Shown: piece by piece, positions 45,658 through 56,185 of the stretch | How the letters are laid out: each line of letters starts with the position of its first letter | Position numbering within the stretch: position 1 is the stretch's first letter | IMG/VR virus record: IMGVR_UViG_3300042507_004106 | DNA from: a virus | Taxonomy: Duplodnaviria > Caudoviricetes | DNA length: 64,000 nt | Reading direction: 5' to 3' (one strand) | The notes under the pieces: model-generated | Seen by the model: only the letters and a program-made list of their open reading frames with translations | Told to the model about the DNA's origin: nothing | The model's database searches: none | Program-made: the position numbers and the translations under genes

Positions 45658-47394
45658 TTACGAAATAAGAATTTGTCTTTTATCAGATGGTGAGTGAATC
45701 ATTTTAGCAGAAAAATTAAACTCATCATCAGAGTAATCTCCAGGTTTTGCGAATGCAGAATTTAAAATATGAAACTTATCATAGTTTTCAATTCTATATC
45801 TATTTAAATGACTTTCATCATGAGCTGCTGCCATAACATTATTCTGCAAGTCTTTTTTAATTCTAGAATCTAATTCATCAATCAAAGAAAAAATTTCAGG
45901 AATTTTACCTCCCCAAATACAACCCTGAAGATAAACATCATCTATTTCTTCATCAGGATTCACGCAAGATAATGATTTTGAATTTCTTTCAAAAGGAAGA
46001 TATCCATTAAATCCTCTCCAATTAGAACTATATGTTGGATGTTGGACACCAAAGAATGGTTTATCATTATTAAAGAAGTCTTGATATGATATAACTTCCG
46101 AACAACAATACATATCAGCATCAAAGTAAATGTACCAATCATATTCTTGAAGTTGAGATTGAATTTTTTTAATTTCACCAAATCTACGCAACCCACCAAC
46201 ACTATTATACATTAGGTTATACCAATTATTGGAAGAATAATCAGATGTTTCTACTTCAAATTCCTCAATTGTTGGAATGATTTTTATATTATCTGGAATA
46301 TCATCACCGAGTTCCCCATCAGTAAAAACAAAAAAATCTTTTTCACATTCTGGAACAAAGTATTCCATTATTGTTTCATAATATTTTGGAAAAAATTTAA
46401 GATAACTTCCAGTTCCTATAAAGTTAATGGCAATTTTTTTCTTCGTATCATTGTGATTAGCAATTACTTTTTCTACCATTGGAATAAAATAAGTTGATAA
46501 AATGTACTCCCAAGAAAATTGTTTAGAATATTCTAAAATTTCTTGTCTATGTTTAACTGAATAATTTCTATTTTTATTAATTTGTTCTTCAATATATTTT
46601 ACATCATCAATCTTATCTTCAGGAATAACTGTAATAAATTCTTTGCTTTGATCTAAATTTGCGGTTGCATACTCACTTATAACTACACCCAAACCAGCAG
46701 CAAATGCCTCCATACAAACTAAAGGGTGCGCCTCTCCATCAGACAAAAGAATTAGATTCCCATATTGAGTAAGGTTTTTATGTAGTACTTCTTTACTCCA
46801 CTCACCAAGATAATTTTTAGATGTATCAAACCTAGAATCTGCAATATTACCAGCATACCATATTGTATCAATATCTTGAAATTTATATTGACGTTTGCGA
46901 TAATCTATTTTTGCCAGATAAATGCTACGATCAGGATACTCTGGATTTAAAGTAAATTCAAACGCATCTGTATTTACACCATTTGGAGTTACAAATAATC
47001 TATGACTCGGAATATCTGCTTTAGTTTTATAAACTTCTTTAATTGATTCGGATAAACAAAAAACATTGGGTTTAATATTTTCAAAGAGATTAAAGATATT
47101 AATATATCCACCCATCATTTCCGGTCTTTCTAGATAAGCAAAATGAGTAGTGCAAGCACAAGGATAATTAATGTATGGATATAGACCAACCCAATCATCA
47201 TAATTAATATGAACAAAATCGGGATTAAATCTATTGATTGTTTCTATAATTTTTATGGGATCATTAATATTGACGATTTGAATCTCATGACCCATTTTTT
47301 CTAAAAATATTTTATAGTCCCATATCAAACTTTCGACTGCACCCCATCCTACTGGAGGTATTTGAGTATTTGGTCCAATGATACTTATTTTCAT
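45658..47394 (-). CDS. Fusion of a GT4-like domain and a GT6 domain
   Basis: PPVGWGAVE...PLVCMEA (GT-B); IGTGSYLKFF...FFVFTD...YFDADM...HP...YLQGCIWGG...HDESHLN (GT6). Confidence 0.8.
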   Translation of the reverse strand: MKISIIGPNTQIPPVGWGAVESLIWDYKIFLEKMGHEIQIVNINDPIKIIETINRFNPDFVHINYDDWVGLYPYINYPCACTTHFAYLERPEMMGGYINIFNLFENIKPNVFCLSESIKEVYKTKADIPSHRLFVTPNGVNTDAFEFTLNPEYPDRSIYLAKIDYRKRQYKFQDIDTIWYAGNIADSRFDTSKNYLGEWSKEVLHKNLTQYGNLILLSDGEAHPLVCMEAFAAGLGVVISEYATANLDQSKEFITVIPEDKIDDVKYIEEQINKNRNYSVKHRQEILEYSKQFSWEYILSTYFIPMVEKVIANHNDTKKKIAINFIGTGSYLKFFPKYYETIMEYFVPECEKDFFVFTDGELGDDIPDNIKIIPTIEEFEVETSDYSSNNWYNLMYNSVGGLRRFGEIKKIQSQLQEYDWYIYFDADMYCCSEVISYQDFFNNDKPFFGVQHPTYSSNWRGFNGYLPFERNSKSLSCVNPDEEIDDVYLQGCIWGGKIPEIFSLIDELDSRIKKDLQNNVMAAAHDESHLNRYRIENYDKFHILNSAFAKPGDYSDDEFNFSAKMIHSPSDKRQILIS

Positions 47395-47395
47395 A

Positions 47396-48358
47396 TTAAC
47401 TTATTAATGATTGTAATTTTGAAATATATTCAATCTCAATAATTTTTTCTAAACTAAATTTTTCAATACCATACTTTCTAATTTGATCTCGGTGTTTTAC
47501 AGAATATTTTTTATTTCTTGATATTACTTCAATAATGTAATCAATATCTTCAATTTTATTTTCAGGAATTACATCAATAAATTCTTCAGACAAATCAAGT
47601 TCCAGAGAAACAGACTCCGAAACTACAACACCCAAACCACAAATCAATGCCTCTTTAACTACAAGAGGCGTTGTATTTTCTGTAGAACTCAATAAAATAA
47701 AGTTTGAATATTTTGTAATTTCTTGGTTAAGTTTTTCTCTATCATACTCTCCTTTATAATTTTTAAGATTTGTAAATCTCCCATTTTCTCTCCTACCAAC
47801 AAAATCAATATCTTCAATATTTTCAATTAGGTATTGGCGCTTACGATCACAAATTTGAGAAAAACATAAAGTCTTATTATAAACCGGTGTTTCTTCATAT
47901 GTATAAGATTCAACAGCAACACCAAGACGATTTAACCAACAATTAGATTCAACTGCACCATTCTCAACAAAAACATCAATATCATTTTGACTAGATGCAA
48001 AAATGTTAAACTCTTTATTTTTAGTATAAGATTCTACAATTGAATTATATCTATCATATTTCCACATAGACTGATTGCCAATATACGGGTAATGACTAGA
48101 TACGATTAATTTTCCATTATTTAATTCTAAAATTTGAGGAATAATATCATGAAAAACATCATAATGTAGATGAATAACATCAAACTTATCTTGTTTTAGT
48201 TCTTCAATAATTTGATTTCTATCTGGTGTATTAATAATTACACCAGTATGCCCAAGTTCTCCTAGTATATTTGCATAATCCCAGATTAACATTTCAACTG
48301 CACCCCATCCAACTGGAGGGATAGACATAATTCCAGGTCCAATAAAAGCGATGTTCAT
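47396..48358 (-). CDS. GT4-like glycosyltransferase
   Basis: IPPVGWGAVE...PLVVKEALICG; paralog of the N-terminal half of the previous gene. Confidence 0.72.
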   Translation of the reverse strand: MNIAFIGPGIMSIPPVGWGAVEMLIWDYANILGELGHTGVIINTPDRNQIIEELKQDKFDVIHLHYDVFHDIIPQILELNNGKLIVSSHYPYIGNQSMWKYDRYNSIVESYTKNKEFNIFASSQNDIDVFVENGAVESNCWLNRLGVAVESYTYEETPVYNKTLCFSQICDRKRQYLIENIEDIDFVGRRENGRFTNLKNYKGEYDREKLNQEITKYSNFILLSSTENTTPLVVKEALICGLGVVVSESVSLELDLSEEFIDVIPENKIEDIDYIIEVISRNKKYSVKHRDQIRKYGIEKFSLEKIIEIEYISKLQSLIS

Positions 48359-49251
48359 TTACAATTACCTATCCATTCTTCAACTTTAATTTTTGGTTCC
48401 CATCCAAAAGTGTTTTTAAGTTTTTGATTGTCTGCAAGAGTCACCCTTGATTCGCCAGGACGTTCTGGAAGGTGAACAGTATGATCAGAAATCATTGCAG
48501 CAATCTCATTAACTGAGTGATTTCTTCCAGTTCCAACATTAAAAACTTGACCAAAAACTTCTGGATTTGGATTTGAAATTGCTGCTAAAATATTTGCGTT
48601 AACCACGTCAGAAACGTGAGTAAAATCTCTGCGTTGATTACCATCCCCAACAATTGTGAGAGATTCCCCAGCATCCCTTTGACGCATAAAAATACCAATT
48701 ACAGGAGCATACTGCCCTTTAAGAGGTTGCCTTTCACCATAAACATTAAAATATCTAAAGCAAATTGTAGGGAGATTAAAAAGATCTGTATACATTTTAC
48801 ACAGTTTTTCACCATTCACTTTAGATACTGAATATGGGTTCAAACAATCATCTGGTTGTGTCTCAACGTTTGGATGCGAATTCAATCCATAAGCAGATGA
48901 TGTTGAAGAATACATTACACGCTTCACACCTGCCTCACGAGCACATTGAAGAACAGTCACAGTGCCTACTGAGTTAATACTAACTGCTTCTATAGGATTT
49001 TTAATTGCTGGTTGAATACGCGCTTCAGCAGCAAGATGAAACACATAATCTACACCATCATAAAGAGGGCGAGTATTTCCATAGTCACGAATATCATACT
49101 TATAGTTTTGCGCTTTATCATTCCAATAAAACTGATCGTGGACATCAGAAAATTCATTATCAATTACAACTACTTCGTGTCCCATTTCTAGAAGACGATC
49201 AACTAGGTTAGAACCAATAAATCCCGCACCGCCAGTAACTAATGATTTCAT
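48355..49251 (-). CDS. NAD-dependent nucleotide-sugar epimerase/dehydratase
   Basis: TGGAGFIGS, YSVSK, RYFNVYG, RDFTHV. Confidence 0.92.
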   Translation of the reverse strand: MKSLVTGGAGFIGSNLVDRLLEMGHEVVVIDNEFSDVHDQFYWNDKAQNYKYDIRDYGNTRPLYDGVDYVFHLAAEARIQPAIKNPIEAVSINSVGTVTVLQCAREAGVKRVMYSSTSSAYGLNSHPNVETQPDDCLNPYSVSKVNGEKLCKMYTDLFNLPTICFRYFNVYGERQPLKGQYAPVIGIFMRQRDAGESLTIVGDGNQRRDFTHVSDVVNANILAAISNPNPEVFGQVFNVGTGRNHSVNEIAAMISDHTVHLPERPGESRVTLADNQKLKNTFGWEPKIKVEEWIGNCK

Positions 49252-49259
49252 ATTAATTA

Positions 49260-49991
49260 TTACCCATTTGAATACATAAAAGACCTTTCATTTTTTGTAG
49301 ATACATAAGATTCGTCATTATCCCCCAAAGTTTTAGCAACTGGAATTTGATTATGGTAAACATGAAATCCCAGAAGAACCTCTGGGTTAAATTCTACACC
49401 CATCCCATAGTATTTGTCAAGATGGTGAATAACATCAGAATACATATTCATATTATCACTATTTGATAATGCAATATGATCGTTGATTGCATATTCCGTA
49501 TGCTTACAATCATTTTTTGTATTCAAATATTTTAAATTAAAATTTTTAACATCATATTTTTTATTAAAAATATAATCAAATCTACACTTCAAAACGGCAT
49601 CATATTTGAAGTTATTTTTTATTTCATATTCAACTTTTAAATTATTACATTGATTTAAAGAGTAAAACATTGATTGAATATTTTGAGATGGATTTCTATT
49701 AAATCTAGGATGATAGCAACCCCAATGAGCGGAATCTGGATATTGTTTTTCAAACTGTATTGGATTTTCAATTTTGTAGTGAACTGGATTTAGAGTAGTG
49801 ATGATATAGTCAAACAAATCATCAGTATAAACATCAGATGGTGCATCATCTCTAAATGGAACTCCTTCTACACCCCACCAACTATGAAAAAAGAAATCAA
49901 CATCCTGATCGTATGACCAGGATTCTTTAATATTCTTTAAACTATTTTTTACATCTCTTGGTTGACCAGACAAACAGATAGCTAATTTCAT
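49260..49991 (-). CDS. Glycan-locus hypothetical protein (AxCxSGQPR family), paralog 1
   Basis: LAICLSGQPR...YDAVLKCRFD...NDHI. Confidence 0.6.
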   Translation of the reverse strand: MKLAICLSGQPRDVKNSLKNIKESWSYDQDVDFFFHSWWGVEGVPFRDDAPSDVYTDDLFDYIITTLNPVHYKIENPIQFEKQYPDSAHWGCYHPRFNRNPSQNIQSMFYSLNQCNNLKVEYEIKNNFKYDAVLKCRFDYIFNKKYDVKNFNLKYLNTKNDCKHTEYAINDHIALSNSDNMNMYSDVIHHLDKYYGMGVEFNPEVLLGFHVYHNQIPVAKTLGDNDESYVSTKNERSFMYSNG

Positions 49992-50953
49992 AATACCTTT
50001 AAAAGACTTTGGGCTCGATTGACATAAGTATGATATTCTTTAATGTAGTTAACACTTTGCTTAATAAACTCATAATCATCCTTTCTTTCCATCGCGGCAT
50101 AAAATAACTCCGTTGGAGATTCTTTATATAAGCAATATTCGTCAAGTTCTTTATATGCCTCATAGCAGTTAGTCATTCCAAGATGACCATAACTCATATT
50201 TTTATATAATCTGCAAGAAATTCTTCCCCATTCTACATCAGCTTGGCATCTAATATCAAATCCTAGTAATGATTCCTTTGATAATCGAATGTAATCCTCT
50301 TCAGATAATTGATTGTTTGAAAAGTTATTTAAAATAAATTCAATACCATTTTTTCTACATTCATTTGCAAACTCTTCAATTAAATGAATATTGGAATATC
50401 TTCCATCATTTGATATTGAACCGAGAAAATAAACATTGTTACTTCTAGGATAATAAACATCATTTTCATCTATTTCATTTGGCATTAAATTTGTCGCCCA
50501 ACCAATATAAACTTTATCAAAATCATCAATTCTATAATTTACTCTACCATTTTTAAAATCAATGACTTGATTAGTAGATGGTTCATAATAACATCCCTTG
50601 TCCATTTTTGTTTTTTCCCTATCAAGTTCATAAACATAATTGGGATGATCAATCTTTTTGAGATTGTATCTCATATCAACAAACTTACGAACATTGCCAA
50701 CATATTTCGCTGGGTTATAAGCACAATGAACAAAATAAGTAGAAGTCTTATCTAAAGGAATTTCTGAATCATCATATCCCTCTGCAATAAAAATACAATT
50801 AGAAAAATCAAAATTTTCTATTTTTTCATTTGGAAACCAGTAAACATCATGACCCAAATACTTAAATGCATTATAAAAAGAATTCCAAACGTAACTGATT
50901 GTATTTTTCAAAACTCCATTTTCAGGATAAAAACCCCAGATAATAATTTTCAT
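49988..50953 (-). CDS. Hypothetical protein, possibly a GT-B fold glycosyltransferase
   Basis: 321 aa in the glycan operon; ISCRLYKNMSYG...HTYVNR resembles CgeB-like transferases. Confidence 0.5.
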   Translation of the reverse strand: MKIIIWGFYPENGVLKNTISYVWNSFYNAFKYLGHDVYWFPNEKIENFDFSNCIFIAEGYDDSEIPLDKTSTYFVHCAYNPAKYVGNVRKFVDMRYNLKKIDHPNYVYELDREKTKMDKGCYYEPSTNQVIDFKNGRVNYRIDDFDKVYIGWATNLMPNEIDENDVYYPRSNNVYFLGSISNDGRYSNIHLIEEFANECRKNGIEFILNNFSNNQLSEEDYIRLSKESLLGFDIRCQADVEWGRISCRLYKNMSYGHLGMTNCYEAYKELDEYCLYKESPTELFYAAMERKDDYEFIKQSVNYIKEYHTYVNRAQSLLKVL

Positions 50954-51687
50954 CTTTTAATCTCCAAAAAATTTTTAGTATTTTTATAACTACAAATTGA
51001 TGTAGTGGTTATATTAAATTGATAATGTTGAATATTATATGGTTTTCCAACATTTTCTATAAGTTTATGCATATGTATAATTCCATCTTTATAATGTTCT
51101 TCCACATTTGCTAAGTCATAAAAGAAATTAACTTGACTAGTTGGAACAATAAAAAACCAATCAGCATAATGTCTATCCCAACCAGCTTCATATCCATCTT
51201 GACAAAGAATATGATCCGATTCTAACTGACTGAAATTTAATTCAGTACCAAAAATATTATCAGTTCTAATTCTTACAATAAACTCGTATTCATTAGGATC
51301 AACTAATTTAACACAATCCAAAATTCCTTGATACTGACATTTAGATCTATAAAATTGACTTCTACTTTTCTCAATTGTTTCAAAAACCATATCTGGTTCA
51401 GCAGATAATTTATTGTAAAATGAAGTGTCAAAATTATATGGTTGAATTACTTTTACATCTTTAAGATTTAATGGAGAATATAATTCAATGAATTCACTCA
51501 ATTCATTTTTTTCGTACTTGTCTGTAAATTCATGATGTATTAAAGTATTCTGCCAATCATCATTCCATTGAAAATTAGCATAAACATCATATTCACCCAA
51601 CCCATCTAAAAAATTTTTTTTAATACTATCCAAACACTCTCTCACGAATCTTGGATATCCCGAAAAACAAACTGCGAATTTTTTCAT
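50950..51687 (-). CDS. AxCxSGxPR family protein, paralog 2
   Basis: FAVCFSGYPR...IVRIRTD...DWFF. Confidence 0.6.
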   Translation of the reverse strand: MKKFAVCFSGYPRFVRECLDSIKKNFLDGLGEYDVYANFQWNDDWQNTLIHHEFTDKYEKNELSEFIELYSPLNLKDVKVIQPYNFDTSFYNKLSAEPDMVFETIEKSRSQFYRSKCQYQGILDCVKLVDPNEYEFIVRIRTDNIFGTELNFSQLESDHILCQDGYEAGWDRHYADWFFIVPTSQVNFFYDLANVEEHYKDGIIHMHKLIENVGKPYNIQHYQFNITTTSICSYKNTKNFLEIKR

Positions 51688-52604
51688 ATTTTAAACTCAC
51701 TATTCCACCACTCTTGAAACTGTTGCGGATTTAAGGGTATTCTCTCCTCAATATTTAATATAGTTTTATTTGACTTCATATATTCTACTATATTATTATC
51801 AATTAATGTTTTCCTACCTCCACGAATAATACCATCTTGACCTTTAATTTTTTCCATTCTGATAACTCTATCACCAAAAGTATATTTGGGAAATTCTGGA
51901 ATTATCTTTCCATCAAAAATATACTTATAAACTAACGCATTTAATACATCTTGATCTCCACAATAGTTTTTCGCATAAACGTCTCTATTATCATCTGGTG
52001 TTTTTTGAATTAATTTTTTATCTAAACACAAATTTAGATAATCTTGAATAAACTGCTTAGATGAATTAGTATTTCTAACTAAAATTCTAGCCGCATTTAT
52101 GAGTCTAGAATTAGAAGCTAAGCGGCATTCATTTTCATTAGATATAACTTGAGAAAGAGTATATTGTTTAACATGCTCTTTCACTAAAGTTGGATCTCTT
52201 TCTATCTGAACCCAAAAGTCAGATTGGTTTTCCTCCAATAGATTTTCACAAATAGAAGAAATGTTTTTCCAGTCTGTATCAAAGTAATGTGGATTCTTTT
52301 TAAAATTACCATCATGATATAAAACAAGACTTCCCTCTGGAACTTTTGTTAAAACATGTTGAATTAAAAATGGTTTAAAGTCAAAATATCCGATATGATT
52401 TGCATTTGGATTATTATCAAGAGGTTCTAGAAAAGAATTGCAAACTTCTTCACTACCAGGAATTTGTTTTAAAGTTCTTTTTGTAAAAATAAATACCTCT
52501 TCAAAAAAATCCGAAAGTTTCTCTTTAATTTTATTTCCAGTTTCTGTTAAATCGAAACCTCCATCATACGGGTATCCTTCAGTAATAAAAGTAATAAAAT
52601 ACAT
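51684..52604 (-). CDS. Hypothetical glycosyltransferase-like protein
   Basis: FKPFLI...LYHDG...DQDVLN. Confidence 0.5.
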   Translation of the reverse strand: MYFITFITEGYPYDGGFDLTETGNKIKEKLSDFFEEVFIFTKRTLKQIPGSEEVCNSFLEPLDNNPNANHIGYFDFKPFLIQHVLTKVPEGSLVLYHDGNFKKNPHYFDTDWKNISSICENLLEENQSDFWVQIERDPTLVKEHVKQYTLSQVISNENECRLASNSRLINAARILVRNTNSSKQFIQDYLNLCLDKKLIQKTPDDNRDVYAKNYCGDQDVLNALVYKYIFDGKIIPEFPKYTFGDRVIRMEKIKGQDGIIRGGRKTLIDNNIVEYMKSNKTILNIEERIPLNPQQFQEWWNSEFKI

Positions 52605-53345
52605 TTAAAATCTTGGTAACGTTATATGAATTGGGTGTGGTTGAATATTAATATTAAAACAATCAATCATCTTTCTATGTAGCAACTCCGGACAAAATGC
52701 CATATCATTTTCTTTCAAACATTTATCCATAACAAGATCAAAAACAGGAAACAAACTCATAAAGGCATCCATAACCTTAGACCCACCAAAATCAAACCAG
52801 TCATTAATCATACCATCTGGTTGATTTGACAAACCAGAGAAATTAATGACATTTTGATCATAGTTTTCATAATTTATTTTAGTGTGTAAAATTGTGTCTG
52901 TTCTACATCTAACAACCCAGTCATATTTAAATCCATTTGCATATTCATGTACCTTTTTCAAGTTATTAACTTGATTCAATCCATAAAAGTAAGAAAGAGT
53001 ATTGTTAATAATTCTATTCCTAAACTCTATTCCAGGTTCACCCCAAGTCCAATATCTTTTGAAAGAAGTTTCAAAATGAATTTGATTATCAATAAATTTT
53101 TTACTAGGTTCAACAATATAAGAAACTGGTTTGTATATTTGTAATAAATCTTCAACAGCACTAGGTTTAAGTCTTTGACTAGACCAATTACCCTCATGCT
53201 TATAAGGATTATTCAAAAGTTCTTCATCAAACCATATATGAGCAAATACATCAACTTGATATCCCTGACAAACATTAGCAATAATATAAGGTGCAACCTC
53301 GTCAATAAATCTTGGTTGACCAGATAAACATAAAGCAATTCTCAT
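52605..53345 (-). CDS. AxCxSGQPR family protein, paralog 3
   Basis: IALCLSGQPR...YDWVVRCRTD...NDWF. Confidence 0.6.
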   Translation of the reverse strand: MRIALCLSGQPRFIDEVAPYIIANVCQGYQVDVFAHIWFDEELLNNPYKHEGNWSSQRLKPSAVEDLLQIYKPVSYIVEPSKKFIDNQIHFETSFKRYWTWGEPGIEFRNRIINNTLSYFYGLNQVNNLKKVHEYANGFKYDWVVRCRTDTILHTKINYENYDQNVINFSGLSNQPDGMINDWFDFGGSKVMDAFMSLFPVFDLVMDKCLKENDMAFCPELLHRKMIDCFNINIQPHPIHITLPRF

Positions 53346-54334
53346 ATTACAATCTCCTTGGACACTTTTTTTACAAGACTTTCAATATTCAAATTAGGTT
53401 CCCATCCCAATAAATCTTTTGCTTTTTGATAAGATCCTTTAGAAGGTCTAGTAGTCTCTGTAGAAACCACTTCTTTATTCAATGGATAACTACCATCAAA
53501 CAATTGTGGGTATCTACTCCATAGTTCTTGTGGTGGTTTATATGATAATCCAATATGTTCGCAGCCCAAAGCTTCTGCAACCCACTGACCCATTTGATTT
53601 ATACTGATGACTTGTCCAGTGCAAACATTGAATGTATCATTTGGTTTTTTATCTAGACAGATATCGAGCATAGAAACAACATCATTTACCCATATAAAAT
53701 CTCTAGTTTGTGTTCCATCTCCACTCAATTGTGGAGAAACTCCTTTTTTAAATTCACGAACTAAGAAATTAATTAGAGGTGGATGGAGGCGAGTATGATC
53801 TCCATCTGGACCAAAAACATTAAAGAATCTTAATGTCGTAACTTTAAGATTATAATTTTCCCTATATGAATTTACCAAATCTTCAGCCATCTTTTTTGAT
53901 AGGCAATAGTAAAGAGTTGGATTAATTTCCAAATCTTCAGTAAAAATTTCGGCATTTGAATTTTCGTAAACAGCACTAGTGCTAGCAAAAATTACATGCG
54001 GAACATTATTTTTTCTTGCAAATTCCAAAACGTTACTTGTTCCACCAACATTAATAGATATAGTTTCGTATGGGTTTGTTTCACAGTCTGGAAGAGATGT
54101 AATAGCAGCCAAATGAATGATAGAATCGTATTTTCCTTCACACTTACTAAAAAACTCTGGTGAAGTAATATCTACTTCTACAAATGGGGCAATAAATTCA
54201 TTATTATTTAATAGATTACTTTTATGACCATTTCTTAAATTATCAACTAACAACAACTCATGATTTTTTTCTAAAAGTAACTTTGCTAGTCCAGATCCAA
54301 TTTGCCCTGCAGCGCCAGTAATTAATATTTTCAT
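53342..54334 (-). CDS. NAD-dependent epimerase/dehydratase
   Basis: TGAAGQIGS, YCLSK, RFFNVFG, RDFIWV. Confidence 0.9.
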   Translation of the reverse strand: MKILITGAAGQIGSGLAKLLLEKNHELLLVDNLRNGHKSNLLNNNEFIAPFVEVDITSPEFFSKCEGKYDSIIHLAAITSLPDCETNPYETISINVGGTSNVLEFARKNNVPHVIFASTSAVYENSNAEIFTEDLEINPTLYYCLSKKMAEDLVNSYRENYNLKVTTLRFFNVFGPDGDHTRLHPPLINFLVREFKKGVSPQLSGDGTQTRDFIWVNDVVSMLDICLDKKPNDTFNVCTGQVISINQMGQWVAEALGCEHIGLSYKPPQELWSRYPQLFDGSYPLNKEVVSTETTRPSKGSYQKAKDLLGWEPNLNIESLVKKVSKEIVI

Positions 54335-55389
54335 TTAAAATACTCTCTCAGTTGGTTTGAATTTCTCGTAATGTTAATTGCAGAACAAGATGGATAAGGA
54401 TTACTTTTGGCAAAATCATTAATTAAAACTCTTTGACAATGTGGCAATCCCATTACCAAATGGTCGTATGGGATACCCTTATCTTTCATTTCCAAAATAG
54501 TAACGTCCTTAAGATATTCTGGTCTACTTGTAGTAAGAATGATTTTAACTTTCCCAGACTTATACATTTCTCTCAAAAAAGAAATATTTTCCTCAATGGG
54601 AATTCCTGACCCAACATAAGGTGGAAAATGAATTGAGGAATTAGTAACAAGTGTCCCATCAATATCGACAAATAAACATTTGTATTGACTTTTATATAGA
54701 TTCCAAGAATCTATAGTTCCCCAGTCTTTAAAGTTTTTTGTTTTTATACCATAAAAAAGAGACCCTGATAAAATCATATCAAAAATAATATGACTAATAT
54801 AACACTCCTCTTCAACATTTTTAAATTTCTCATACGTTTTACAAAACTCTACTGCTGATGAAAACCCATATCCACCAACAGAAAATGTAGAACTAATAAC
54901 CTTTTTCTCTACAATATTTGTAATAATATCATTAATATCAAATTCAATATAACTTTTAGTTCTAGCATTAATATTGTCCATATCATTTAAATCAAAAAAT
55001 GCAACTTGATTATTTTCATTCTCAAGGTTGCACTCATAATATCCATCAGAGTCTTTAATGAAAATAAAACCTTCGATATTACTTTGAACTAAAAAATTAT
55101 AAACTGTTTCTGACTGAGAACTTGTTTGGTTTTTTAAAAAAAAGATTTCTGACTTATTTTGCAAATTTAAAGATTCAAGTTCTGTTTGAAATCCATGAGA
55201 AAAAGAATATTGTTCTTCGTGCTCTTCTAGGCAAATAAAATATATTTTATCAAAAAAATCTAGGTTTAATCCAAGAATAGACTCCGTTGCCATAAAACGA
55301 TTTGACATGGGATGTGTTAACATCCATTTTGGTCTCATGTTTGGAAATCTACTCGATTTCCCTGCCATTGGTATAATCAAACTTCTCAT
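54331..55389 (-). CDS. Sugar nucleotidyltransferase-like domain + HAD-like phosphatase domain
   Basis: IPMAGKSSRF...PK at the N-terminus; FVDIDGTL...TSRP...INDFA at the C-terminus. Confidence 0.78.
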   Translation of the reverse strand: MRSLIIPMAGKSSRFPNMRPKWMLTHPMSNRFMATESILGLNLDFFDKIYFICLEEHEEQYSFSHGFQTELESLNLQNKSEIFFLKNQTSSQSETVYNFLVQSNIEGFIFIKDSDGYYECNLENENNQVAFFDLNDMDNINARTKSYIEFDINDIITNIVEKKVISSTFSVGGYGFSSAVEFCKTYEKFKNVEEECYISHIIFDMILSGSLFYGIKTKNFKDWGTIDSWNLYKSQYKCLFVDIDGTLVTNSSIHFPPYVGSGIPIEENISFLREMYKSGKVKIILTTSRPEYLKDVTILEMKDKGIPYDHLVMGLPHCQRVLINDFAKSNPYPSCSAINITRNSNQLREYFK

Positions 55390-56185
55390 ATAATTTCGTA
55401 TTTTTTATTATTTTATTCAGTATACTTCTTTGGTGTTGATTAGTCAAGTATGGTTCTAATCTTAAAAGATTAATCGCGTCAATAATGTCAAAATTTATAT
55501 GATTGGTGTATTCACAATATCTGTTTTCAACTTTTTTCCAAATATAAGAATATATCTGATAAACTCTAGTAGATTTTTTATTTTCTATTGTAAGGCTCCA
55601 AAGATAAAATAAATCTTGCTTTAACTTTATTAAATCACATAAAAAACTATCAATATAGGAGTCTAAAAAGTCTATAAAAAATAGTCTTTTCTTATGAAAA
55701 ATAATATTATTAAAAGTCAAATCTCCGTGGCAAAAAGTTTTTGGAATAATAATTTTTTGATTATTTACATAATTTTCTAAATAAGACAAATAACTATTAT
55801 AATTTGTATTATCTTTTAATAAACTAATTTTTTTTAATATATTAGACTGAACATTAGCAGTTTTATGATTATCGATTAAACTATCAAAATACTCAAATAA
55901 GGTTTCTAAAACAAATTTAACATCTAAATTACTAGCAACTGAAAAATACTCATAAAAAGATTTTCCAGGTATATACTCCATATCAAAATAATGCAACTCC
56001 TCTTGTTTTGCATTTAAAATTTTTGGAGTATCAATATTTTTAAAAACTAAATTTGAAAAAAAATTTTGCTTATCAATTTGCAGATGCAACCTAGAATTAT
56101 AGGTTGCATCCGAAGAATATTTTCTAACGATTTTATTGTCTAAAAGTTCTATTTTACATCCAGACAATCCAGAAGAAAATTTCAT
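55349..56185 (-). CDS. APH/choline-kinase-like phosphotransferase
   Basis: GLSG, MEYIPG, CHGDLTFNN, FIDF. Confidence 0.8.
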   Translation of the reverse strand: MKFSSGLSGCKIELLDNKIVRKYSSDATYNSRLHLQIDKQNFFSNLVFKNIDTPKILNAKQEELHYFDMEYIPGKSFYEYFSVASNLDVKFVLETLFEYFDSLIDNHKTANVQSNILKKISLLKDNTNYNSYLSYLENYVNNQKIIIPKTFCHGDLTFNNIIFHKKRLFFIDFLDSYIDSFLCDLIKLKQDLFYLWSLTIENKKSTRVYQIYSYIWKKVENRYCEYTNHINFDIIDAINLLRLEPYLTNQHQRSILNKIIKNTKLYEKFDYTNGREIE

